NCBI GenBank assembly: GCA_043228905.1
Contig: JBHGNT010000005.1
Span: forward strand, 20,336,001-20,400,000
Direction: 5' to 3'
DNA: 64,000 nt
From: Azolla caroliniana
Lineage: Eukaryota > Plantae > Polypodiophyta
Below, piece after piece: positions 11,901-23,640 of this stretch; position 1 is the first letter of the stretch, and each line of letters opens with the position of its first letter. A program made the translations under genes and the position numbers. Below the pieces are notes generated by a model, which saw only the letters and a list, made by a program, of their open reading frames with translations, made no database searches and was not told the origin of the DNA.

Positions 11901-14900
11901 TGAAGTGAAGAAGAGTGGGGATGTACGATAATGATCGATTGAATTCCGATAGTTCAAGGAATGTTTCACAAGATAAAGCTAACAACTCAGAGCCCAATGG
12001 AACAAAATGTGACAAAGAATGAGGACATGGAATGTGGGGGAGAAGTCCTCATACAAGATTGAGACGAAGAGAAGAGTGGACTAGACATAAACCTAACATG
12101 TGCGTCCTATTCACATGAGACTATTGCCCATATGGCAACACTAGTCGGCCAAAACACAGAAGTGAATGAAGCAAGGAATCTCAGGAATAAATAGTTTTAG
12201 GCTCGACAAGCACCAATAAAATTGCAAACCAAAGCTCACAATGCTTTCAAGTAGGATGATGAATGTGAATGGAAGTGAAATAAAACCCTCCAACACCAAG
12301 ACAGTAGATGATTAGGGATGAACCGAACTCAAATCACATGGCGAAGCCTGCAATGAGTCTTACCATTGATTCATAAACGAGTCGGCAGGTGGCTCGTGAA
12401 GGCAAAAAGGCCAAAGATCACAAATAAATTAATAGTTTTCTGTCACTAATAGTTTAATTATTCATTTTCTATGATTGACAATTTGATTAACTTTCGAAAT
12501 TTTGGTTGGTTTGAATGTCTAGCCTTTTGTAAATTTAGTGAGGTGGCTAAATCTTCTTTTTGTTTTCTTTGTGCCTAATACTCATATAACATAAGACGTC
12601 TATAACACTCGGAACCTTGGGGACCACTTGCCCTTTTCCAGAAATTCTTGTGCTTTTCATGTCAAGCCTACATTGTAGCTCTCAAATTATATTTTTTTAA
12701 TATTGAATTTTGAATGACTAACCTAGGGTTGGCAAACACAAGTCCCTTTCACAAAACAAAAGTGTCAAATATTGCTTTTTTCACCAGGTAAGTTTGTTGC
12801 TTTTCAATATTTTTTTTCTTTTTATTCTATTTATTTTGGTTTTTCTATTTAACTAGATATTAATTTATATTGTAAGTTTTTCTTGACTTAAGAGTCTTTT
12901 AATTTTGTTCTGTACTAGGCTTCCATATTATTCAAATAGGATAACAAGATTATCATGTGCATATGCAGGTTGAAGTGTGCACAAAAACACATCTTCCTAC
13001 AAATGAATAAAAGGGGAATTGTTTCTTAAATTGAACATCACATGGACACAAGGGCATCCTTCCCCTTCTAAGAAGTGTTCACTCCATACCTAAGAGTCAA
13101 CACAGGTAAACAACTCGCTCCACTTTTGGGCGTCATTGTGGCAAAGCTTCAAGTAAATCAAAAAGTCACTAACAAGCACCATTGTTATCCCAATTTCAGA
13201 GAAGAATATCTAGAGAAGGTAGTTCAAATTAGAATGGCAAGAAGTAGAATAGTAACATGACAATTACCTACATGTTTATAACAACTATGTTTATCATTTA
13301 CTAGAGTTACATGCCGTCATATGTTTCATACTTAATTCTAATGCTACCAATAATCATATGGAATTTAATTATTTTTGGTTGAGTTTATTTATGTTTGGTG
13401 ATAGTTTGTTGATGTTAACGATGTCGTTGATGTATAATTTGAGTATGGATTTCAATTAAGGGTCAATACTTAGTGGATTGGGGCCAATGTTTAATATTAT
13501 AAATTTGCAGTAATAGTTTGCAATGATAGTGGTGTTTATGTTAATGTATGGTAATTATGTATGAGTTTATGTTAATGGTATCTTCCATGGATTCCAATAC
13601 GAACCTTTATGTGAAAGACCCTTAAAACGATGGACATGGAATGCTCATTGGTGTGTAAAGATTCTCCCATTTAAATTGTACAATTAGAGAATTCAATGTT
13701 GCATATAAAGTGTGAGGGTATAAATGATTGTGGTTATGTAATGGTTGGGTAAAGGACCTGGCATTAAATATATATGATTAGGAAATTCATTGTTGTGTGG
13801 TAGATATTTGTATGTGCCATGGATGGGTCACAAAGAGCGAAAATAAGCCAAATTGTTAAAAGCTCACTAACGTACATAAGTGTTTGCATCTTGAGTTAGT
13901 GAAGCTCACCTACCACTTTTTCGCCAAATCAATATGCCCTTGTCGTACCACATAATGTTGATACGCAATGACACTTGTGGAATCTCAGACTTCACATAAT
14001 TATTCTAGGGTTTGTAAATTGTACCTTTCACCTTGTTCTTCAACCTTACTTGATTTGATTGATCATTTTTTTTGCCTATGAGAATTACACCCTTAGAGTC
14101 CTTATGCTAGTATGCAATGACTTGCATCAAAGTTCTAACATTTATACTTTCTAATTGTCATGGACCTCTTTCTCATAGAGTTCTTAAAAGATTTGTTATA
14201 TTCCTTCTAGTGTTAATACTGAAGTAATTAATATGTTTCAATTGTTGCATTGATTTGCAATCACAATCCTCACTTATTCCAATTAGTGGTGCATGTAACA
14301 AATTCTATCTTCTATTAACTTCTCTCTCTTTTTGTCCTCACTTGTACTAATCTGTAAGCTGACACGTAAAGTTTTGTGTGAACTTGTTGAAAATGACTAA
14401 AATAACATAGTGTCTTTTAAGATATCGTATGCCTCTTTTCTCTTCATATTGGTGATGTTTCAAAAACACAAAACATATGAAAATTATCACATATCTTCAA
14501 ACTATTACAATGGAAACTATTGCAACGCCATTCTTGTCTAAATGGAGTAAGGTTCAATGTTGAGAGCACTATGCATTCATGTTTGTTGGAAAATCATAAA
14601 TCATATTGTTCTTCAACTTACTCCTCTTATGATACCAAGTTGTGTGTGATTGCGATTGCCAAGGTATTTAAATGATTGATACAATATCCTTGTACTAGTA
14701 TGCCATATTAGCATGTTAGAAGAGTGAATTGGTATGAAGCTTAAATATAATGCCCACGCAATTTAGCTTGACCCGTGATCTTCTTACAAAGTGTTTTATT
14801 GACCATCTAATTATAATATCATTGCCTCTAAATTGGAATTCAATAGACCATGCAAAAATCAGATCATAATCTAAAATTCAAAAAATAGATCAACCATCTT

Positions 14901-15862
14901 CTTAAATAAGAATTTACCAATTATCTTTATCATGTAGACCATGAGTTCCATGATGAAAAAATAAGGTAAGAAACTTATGTGTCTAGGGTCTATATCTAAC
15001 TAGAGATATCATTTGTGGTTTTAATATGATGACAGTCAATATATAACTCTTTAATTTACACAAAAGGGTTGCAATTTCTAAGGGTAAGACAAAATAGTCT
15101 ATTGTCATGCGTTATTTCATGCATTCATGAGACCTTGTTGGGTCCTATGACACATGAAATTGTTTCCAATTAGTCAAAAGAATTCACATGAATTATGGGT
15201 AGCATTTTCATAAGAAAAATTTCACCGCGTTCGTTATCATCAAGCATCACAAACTGTCACATCATTAATGAGATGTCAAACAAGTATTTCTTGAAAACCC
15301 AACGTAATATTTCTTCTCAATTACATAAATCCCCAAATGAATATTAAGCCTTCACCCACTTCCAACCAAAAGTAACGCATTCATTTCATCTATGGTTGGC
15401 AGGAACCTAAAGTTGAAGTTATTGGGGAGGTTTATATCACACACAATGATGGATGGACCATATCATCAATGTATAACAAAAGCAAGATAACTAAATATTG
15501 AGAAGGAGAGTGGGAGATTGTGGAGGAGCGTTATTTTGGTAACTTTTAAACCAAATGAAATCCCATTAACTTCTTGAGCCACTTCGAAGTAGAAGGAATG
15601 TTCAATCACCTTAATAAAGAATAGTATGAAACCTCTCTTTATCTTTTAATAATCTTGCTTGCATGTTGCTCAAGTTCCCTCTTATTATAGAGCCTATAAT
15701 GTTATTCCTATCGAGAGTAAATTGCATATGCACAAAAATATTGGTGGGGCGAGGGGCGGATAGGAACCAACCAAACGACGAAAAAGGGAGCAAGAAATTG
15801 ATTTTTGTGTCTGAATGAGATTTGAACTCAAGGTGTTCTTGTTGTAGGGAATGTGATAATAT

Positions 15863-16124
15863 GATAGAGGCCCCCAAGATGGACATGGTAGTTAATACAG
15901 TTGATGTCTCCAAGGAGGACTTTTTCATAATTTTCCATTACTACCCAAAACTATACTGAATACTTTTTCATAATGGATCAACTCAGTTAAATAAGATAGA
16001 GGCCCCCAAATTGGACATGGTAGTTAATACAGTTTATGTCTCCAGGGAAGACTTTTTCATAATTTTCCATTACTACCCAAATCTATGCTGAATACTTTTT
16101 CATAATGGATCAACTCAGTTAAAT
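15863..16124. repeat. Two-copy 132-bp tandem duplication downstream of RBOH
   Basis: gatagaggcccccaa...atcaactcagttaaata starts at 15863 and again at 15995, with a few substitutions. Confidence 0.9.
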
Positions 16125-16732
16125 ACTGTTGGCAGTTAATATAGTTAGTTGCTGAAGCATTTGTTTTCTATCATTTTAACTCCAACAATACAGAGAAGGA
16201 GACATAAAACAACGAATTCTTGGTTTGTTTCATAGCTCCATTACAACAAACAAAACAAACAATTGCAGAGGAAAGAAAACGAATTATTTTTATTTATTCT
16301 CATCAAACAAAAAGGAATTATGTGTAGGGGAAGACAACAATGTCTTTTCTTCCCCTGCACATATGTATATGTACACCTCAAATAATATATGTTGAAAGAA
16401 AATTAATAGGTAATGCTAGAACCAATGGACTTGGTTGGGTGATTAATAAACAATAGATAAGCCAAGTTTCTGAGGAAACAAAAAGGAGCAAACAGAACCC
16501 AATTGTAGGTTTTGTGAGCTCAATTTCTTCCTTATTCAGAAAGTGTTGTTTTAGGGTTTAGGGTTTGGACTTTAGATACTAATAAGAAGCATGTGTTCTA
16601 TTTTGTTGAGCTCTGGGTTTTTAGTATGTCTATTTAGTTCAATATGTTAGAACTATATGACACTTCTCTTGTAAACAAGATTTTAGGTTAAAATAAAGGG
16701 TTTAACCGTAATGGGAATATACGAATCCTGTT

Positions 16733-17919
16733 CTAGAAGTTCTCTTTATGAAATTCAAATCTTGTGCTGGAAGAATGGTTGTAAACCTTGACTAGATTCT
16801 CCAGTTCCTTTGCAAGCATCAATGGACCACAATAAAAAACTCCTGTTTTTTTTTTTTTAAAGAGGCAAAATGTGAGAAAAACAAACCAAAAACACTTGAA
16901 TCACTAGTGAGAAAGCTCATAATATGAGATGGATGATTTTTTAACATTGCATACCAATCGTCGATCCTTTATGGATATTCGCGACCCGAGTGAATACTTT
17001 CTTCCAATTTGGTCTCGCAAAGTGGGTCCTCACCTGCCATTCCAAGTCATGACTTAACCTGAAGATCCTCCCCAAAATGTATGTGATAATGTATGTATAG
17101 TTGACAACAAACACCTACCCTGGTTCCTGAGACAATGTCCACCCCATTCTTAGCATGGTGTAAACTTTGAACCATCATGATAAGTGCAGATCTGGCATCA
17201 CCTTCTTCATACACACTTGTTAGGTAGTTATGCATCTCAATAACCGCCTGCATGATAGTACATTCATGAATCAAGACCCATTATCCTTCTAGATATGCAT
17301 ATTACATATGCATTTACATTATGGAGTTCACTAACTAACCTGGTAATCTTTCTCAGCGACTTCGTTCATCACCCCCCGAAACCATTCAAAGGAGCCTTGC
17401 TCCCTTGTGACCCAATAGAAGTATGCATTCGTAGGACATCGGTGTTTCTTTTTTTTCTTCGTGTTTGCATTACTCTCTGCAGGTTTCGTAGATATGGGAG
17501 ATTCCAAAGAACTGATGCTCGAGTTCGAACTTGAGATTGACGTACAGCTAGTACTTGAATCCTACATGAAGTTATTTGAATCAGATATTTGAATGCAATT
17601 TGTAGATACACCATATCAGAGTTACTAGATACAAGTTCACTAACATGTATGCAAGATTGCTGATCTGTAAGCTTGATATCATTCAACATATCTTTCAAAA
17701 TACTGATGAAAGGGGTTGCTCCAATGCCAAGTCCAACAAGCAAGAGGACATCATACTTCTTATAATCCTGTGCTGGGGCCCCATAAGGCCCATCTATACG
17801 AAGTCTTGGAAATCTGCAAAGGAATATAAAAATATTGAGCTAGGTAATGTGAAGTTCTTATGTTGTATGTATGTATGTATGTATGTATGTATGTCTGTAT
17901 GTATGTATGTATGTATGTA

Positions 17920-17950
<31 letters not shown>

Positions 17951-20900
17951 TGAGGGACGTTGAATCCTACCTAACTTCAGCTCCATATTTGCATTCTGCT
18001 CTTAGCAAGCCACTTTTGCCAGCAACAGGGGGTTCCATTATCTGCCAAAACAAGACTGATTTAGATCTATCTTTATGTTCAACAAAATAACACAACTAAC
18101 GAGCTGAGCTTGGCTGGGTCTCTTAAAGCTCACCTCTGAGAAGATTCTCTTCATTTCCAGAGTCCAATCACCACAAGTCCTGATGTGAACACTTAGGACA
18201 TCATCTCCTGGGGCAGAGGTAAGGGAGAATGGATGCCTGCATGAATAAAAACGGGAAATTGGTGAGCAAATCAACCTCTCTGGAAGTGTGTTGAGTTCTT
18301 GGAAAGAGAATAGGATTATATAAGAATGTCCTAACCACTCGAAGGGTGAGACATCTGGGCATTGCAAGAATATATACATTCCACTCTTATATTTGAATCC
18401 AGGAGGCTTTGCCATATGAAGGGCTAACACATTTCCAGGATAAACAGCAGCCTACACTCATACACATTTGAATGAATCAAAATCTACAACTGAATAGATG
18501 ATAAAAACATCAGACATTTGAATTTATAATGAACCTTGAATTTCACTGGAGCATATGTAAGACTGACCTTAACCACAGTAACAGTATAATAACCGGCTCG
18601 CAATGCTCTCAATATACGCTCTCCTGCGTATAGAAGAACTGGACCAGCCAAATACATCCATGTCTGTTGAATTGATGAATTAGTTAAAGAATTTCCACTT
18701 ACCATTCAATATAGAGGTTGTAAATACTCTGTATTTTCAGATTTTCAACATGGACTGTAACTAAGAAGTGAATGAATTCCTTTAATATAGGCTATAATTT
18801 CAGCATAGAGTCAGATCAATTTGTTCGGTGGATTAAACATAGACACTGACTACCCTGCTCAAATATTTTCACTCATTCAGTATGAAGTTCCAATTCTATG
18901 TTTTCCATACTCACATACTATGCAAACCCTTCCTTGATATACCCCCCCTTATTATGGTTAAATATACATTGGGTTGCTGATCTTCTTTGGACTGCTTCCT
19001 TAATCAATTGTTTCGCCATTCAGCATGAAGGATTAAATTAGAAATTGAAATACAATCTAGATACAACCAATGATTGTCGAATGCATATGGGTTGATGATC
19101 TTCTTTAGGCTAAATGGAGATATTTTCGGTTTCCCAGTCCAGAGTGATTCCTTTCTCAAGTTCATTAATTTGATGGTATTTAAATCTAATTGAAGCTAAT
19201 TAATCAACTTGTCAATCCATATAATTTTCCCTTCAGCTTGATACGGATTATTTCTTGTATCACAAGAGATTACAAACGTGAACAATGAGCACATAGGTTT
19301 AACAGAAGTTTGTGACCATACCGATTTCTGCACCCAATCATGATTGAGGTACAGACACATCGAGTGAACGATGAGCAACACGTAAACAATCGAGAAGAGA
19401 TGGTGTGAATACCAAAAGGCATTGAATCCTGTCATTCTATGCAACGGCCATGGCAGCTTCACCAAGTTCCTCCTAAACCACCTTGAAGCTAGAACAAATG
19501 CAATGACCATGAGCACTACCATGATCACTCCTGTCACACCCTCTACACCTTTCAGTAAATCTAGATAAGTTGGTTTGACATGGCCAAAATCTGAGCCTAA
19601 GTACTTCTGAAACGTTTCCTCATCGCTTCGTATCAACCGAGGAAAGTCACAAGTCATGTGAATTCCAGCATGCGCGATTACACCGATGACTATAGCCATG
19701 GCAATGGTCTGCGAACATTTAAGAAAGATTATGGACATGGCATTTTAACTGATTCAATCAAGCCCTGCAGTCAATGGCAATCTGCCTCCAGAAACAGTAA
19801 ACTACCTTGTGGAAATTGATGTTATCATCGAAGGGAACAATCGTGCCGAGAAAAGTCGAGCGAAGCCACGTGATTGTATTTCTACATACTGGCAGAAGGA
19901 TGAGAGCCATGTTGAGTTTTAGGGTTTCGGCAGCACCTTTGGCAGTACATACACAATAGCCCATTATCTGAAAAGGTGCCCTGTTTTTGTATTGAAAGAA
20001 CTTCCATGTGAATAGAGCAGCCATAGCCAGAATCCAAAGGCCCATCACCCACCAGCGCTGCCAATTCTCGTCCAATCGGTGTATTGCGGCCATGGACAAC
20101 CTATAGAAGACATTCCTTCTTCTCTTAGCAGGCAATGTCTGGCTTAGGGTTTGGCTATAATTACTCCCAGTGTCTTGTCCAAATTGTTCGCAATCTTTCC
20201 CTTGAAGCAGAGCCTCAAATTGCCAAAGCTGCAAATTCATAGCTAATGTATGATGAGACAATTGTATTATATCAAAACCTATCCAGATGAAGGAGGTGTC
20301 AATGTATGTTACCTCAATGTAGCCAAGATTGAGGGGATCAAGCTCTTCCATTATTAGGGCTGCATACTCCTCTGCTTGGTCTCTAAGTTTTAAGAGCTGA
20401 TTTGCAGAAGCACTCAATGCAATCACCTTTGGGTAAACCAGAAAAAAGAAAGGGTTAGAAACCTTTTTCAGATCTGAAACACACCATGACCTAAGTTATA
20501 ATACTGATCACACACCTCCTTCACCTCTTCTTCTGTAATGCGTCCATCCGCATTCTTGTCACACCTGTGCATTGATTCCAGATCACACAAAAGAATACAA
20601 AAAATCAAATAGAAAATTGAATGATATATATGGAGCGAGCTCCCTTACATATCGAAGAACATTTGTATACGAGAATCGAAGCTTTGATTCGAGATCCTCG
20701 TCCAGAATTCTTGAAGTTCTTCCAAAGTTATCGATTGCAGCATAAGGCCTCGTCTTCGAGCGAATGCATCGAAGAGTTCGGTCGCAAATTCATCAGAATC
20801 TTTCATTCCTGAGAGAGTATTTGCAAACATGTTATTTATATCAAGTAAACCCTATTTCTTAGATCCCCGCAGAGTTATAGTGAAGAAAAGGCACAGACTC

Positions 20901-22532
20901 AACAATAATGAAAGACATTTACGGTGATGAAACAATGAGGCTTCTGGATTTCAAACAAAATAACTATTTGATTCAACCATGATCTTCATCCTCCCCGAGT
21001 GAGCACTTCAGTCGTGTTGTTTGTATCAAGTAAATTTCTAAAACCTAATCAAATCGCACCGTAGTTGTGACGGACAAAATGAAGCAGCTTCAATTACCAC
21101 ATACATACATGTTATGCAATGGATTAATTAAGTCAGTCGGAAGAGCAGATTACATTAAATCTCTACATGCTACAGGCTCTGCTTCATGTTTTGTCTCTAC
21201 ATAAATCCAACCCTAGAGGCACTGATTCAATAACCACACACATATCGCGTAATGGAGCATGTATGGTATCTTACAGATGCAGTGGCCGAAAATCCATCCT
21301 AACGGTAGTGATTCATGTTGGTTTACATGAATTAAACCCTGATCAAAGCAAAGCGATGGGATGAAACCAGTATCGCATGCCATATAATGGTATTTCGGCA
21401 GGTTACCCATGTAATCAGCCGAAATCTACTGCAGAAAGTAAACCCGAAACCCTAATCAAAGCATAATTTTGAGCTTCTTAACTATGGATAGAGCCAAAGA
21501 TAACCATACCGAGAGAAAACCAAGACCTAAAATTGCTAGCGACTCACATTGTGTGTGTAAAAGAAAGATCTAGAACCATAATCAGATCGTAAATGTTGCG
21601 ATGATTAAATGAGACACTGATTCAATCACCAGTAACTACATATACTGATCTGGATTAAGGTTATGCTTTTTACCGATGCAATATCCAAAGTCAGCCCGTG
21701 CGAGGAGGCCATCGGTTGAGGCAAGCTGATAGAACCGATCCTCCACAGCTTTCCATTGAGTATCAGAGTCGATCTCTGTAGTTTTGCTGAAGAATCGGAG
21801 GCTCTCCAGCGCAAATTCAGTGCTTGATTTGCATCGTCCTAGGGAGAAATCAGTCCCTAACATCTGCGAATATGGCTCATTCCCTGAGCAGTTCCTAATC
21901 TTAATGCTACTAGAGCCACAGCTATGGAAAGCTTGAACATCTGAAGAGATGATATTATTGGAGCCATCGCTGGCACTAGGGTTTCGGAAACAGTAGGTAT
22001 CTTCATTGTTAGAGGAAGAGGTAGCATTGGAGCAAAGCTGTTTGATGAACTCATTCATTCTCTGGGAGGGAGAGCGGTTAGACTCTGAGAAGAGACCTTT
22101 TGATTTCTGCTTCGTGTGTTTGCTGGAGGCGTGGATTAGGTTCAGAAGATGTGATGATGATGATGATGAAGAAGAAGAAGAAGAGGCTCTCTTCGTCTCT
22201 TCTCTGCACAGGTCGGCAAGGGTAATCGTATTCGTATTCTGATGTCTGTTGGGATCCACCATAGCCAGAGAAGACGAAGAAGGCGAAGAATGGCCTTGCT
22301 GCATTCCTCGGGTGAGAAGCAGCGAATCGTCGTCTCTTACATCTACGGTCAGCTCCACCATAGCCAGCCCCTCTTCTTCTTCTGATTCTGCTTCTGCTTC
22401 TTTTTCCTCCTTCTCTTCTGTTCCTACCTTCTGAGGAAGCTCGGATCCTGCATGGGCCCTGTCAATGTCGATGACTCTCCTCCTCCTCCTCCCCAGATCG
22501 AATGAAAAGGACCTACAATACGTCTGCAGCAT
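16733..22532 (-). CDS. RBOH: Respiratory burst oxidase homolog (NADPH oxidase), 15 coding exons, about 1028 aa
   Basis: Exons with GT-AG junctions: 22532-21674, 20808-20649, 20564-20516, 20426-20313, 20228-19806, 19708-19322, 18663-18568, 18451-18336, 18236-18134, 18041-17971, 17813-17645, 17561-17340, 17247-17119, 17033-16955, 16842-16733. Total 3087 nt, in frame. Motifs: EF-hand [76 protein letters not shown] and FHKENF*. The start codon and the exon-11 donor are the least certain points. Confidence 0.96.
17865..17952. repeat. (TATG)n microsatellite in RBOH intron 10
   Basis: About 20 TATG units read directly. Confidence 0.95.
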
Positions 22533-22723
22533 TACTAATTAACCTGACGGGATCAGAGAGCTGCTGCTTCTTCGTCGTCTTTCCTTCCTACCTGTTACAA
22601 TGCGGACCATGATGGAGATACACAGAGAGGTGCAGAAGAAGCATCTGCAGGAGGGGGGGTATACAGGCACATATATATATATATATATGCAATTTGTGTG
22701 GCTGAAGAACAATCAAGCTCGTT

Positions 22724-22963
22724 CTGCAATGCAGTAGATTAATGCAGTAGATTAATGGAGATCTCTGCAATGCACTAGATTAATGCAGTAGATTAATGGA
22801 GATCTCTGCAATGCACTAGATTAATGGAGATCTCTGCAATGCACTAGATTAATGCAGTAGATTAATGGAGATCTCTGCAATGCACTAGATTAATGGAGAT
22901 CTCTGCAATACACTAGATTAATGGAGATCTCTGCAATGCACTAGATTAATGGAAATCTCCGCA
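22724..22963. repeat. Minisatellite of 28/41-bp units (about 7 copies) 190-430 bp upstream of the RBOH ATG
   Basis: Core ctgcaatgcactagattaatggagatct. GGAGATCTC or a variant recurs at 22757, 22798, 22826, 22867, 22895, 22923 and 22951. Confidence 0.93.
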
Positions 22964-22964
22964 A

Positions 22965-23057
22965 GCAGAAGAAGAAGAAGAAGAAGCAGAAGCAGAAGCA
23001 GAAACAGAAGAAGATCAGTGGTGTGAATGTGATTGAAGCAAAAGGGATTGAACTGAG

Positions 23058-23102
<45 letters not shown>

Positions 23103-23214
23103 ATGTCTAGGGTTAGCAGAGGAAGAGGGATTTATTTTTTAGGGTTTTGTCATGTGATGATAAAAGAAGAGGTTGGTTTGTGTGTTGAAGGCAATCATGG
23201 CTTATCTCTCTCTG

Positions 23215-23265
<51 letters not shown>

Positions 23266-23640
23266 GATTGCAGAGAGACTCGGCAGCAGTAGCAGCACAG
23301 AGAGAGAGAGAGGTAGAGAGAGAGAGAGCTGGTAGCATGTAATGGAGAGAGAGAAAGAGAGGTAGAGAGAGAGAGAGAGAGAGAGAGAGCTGGTAGCATG
23401 TAATGGAGAGAGAGAGAGACAGCTGGCAGCATGTAGTGGAGAGAGAGAGAGAGAGAGAGCAATTGGGCCATGAAGAGAGAGACAGAGAGAGAGAGTGTGT
23501 GCATTTAATGCAGTCTACGGCGCTCTTCTCTCTTCTCTCTCTTCTCTCTCTCTTCTCTCTCTCTCTTCTCTCTCTCTCTCTCTGGGGGATGTCTCTATCG
23601 CTGTCTTTGCCATGCAGACACACACACAATATCTCGAGAA
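22965..23640. repeat. GA/CT/GAA microsatellite-rich promoter region with three copies of agctggtagcatgtaatggagag
   Basis: (GA)n, (CT)n and (GAA)n tracts read directly, and a motif repeated three times at about 23327-23440. Confidence 0.85.

Larger units (their letters stand above)
2451..12420 (-). mobile_element. Degenerate Ty1/Copia element A (gag-PR-INT), host of two nested insertions; 5' LTR from 11280 to about 12420 (outer end uncertain)
   Basis: PBS ctctgatacca at 11267-11277. Gag KFNNKNFALWKEMM, zinc knuckle CTHCRKADHHVSDCW, protease WMLDSGATFH and GAG-pre-integrase LWHGRL. The integrase motif SLGGARYFITFVDD is restored exactly when 2663-9662 and one TSD copy are removed. Confidence 0.85.

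Noticed and set aside
13600-15850. Possible ancient Copia remnant (PBS-like tgatacca near 14630) and LINE remnant
   Set aside because: Too decayed to support motifs or boundaries by eye.
22724-22963. Regular short repeats with palindromic cores resembling a CRISPR array
   Set aside because: The units are contiguous with no unique spacers, there are no cas genes, and the context is eukaryotic. It is a minisatellite.
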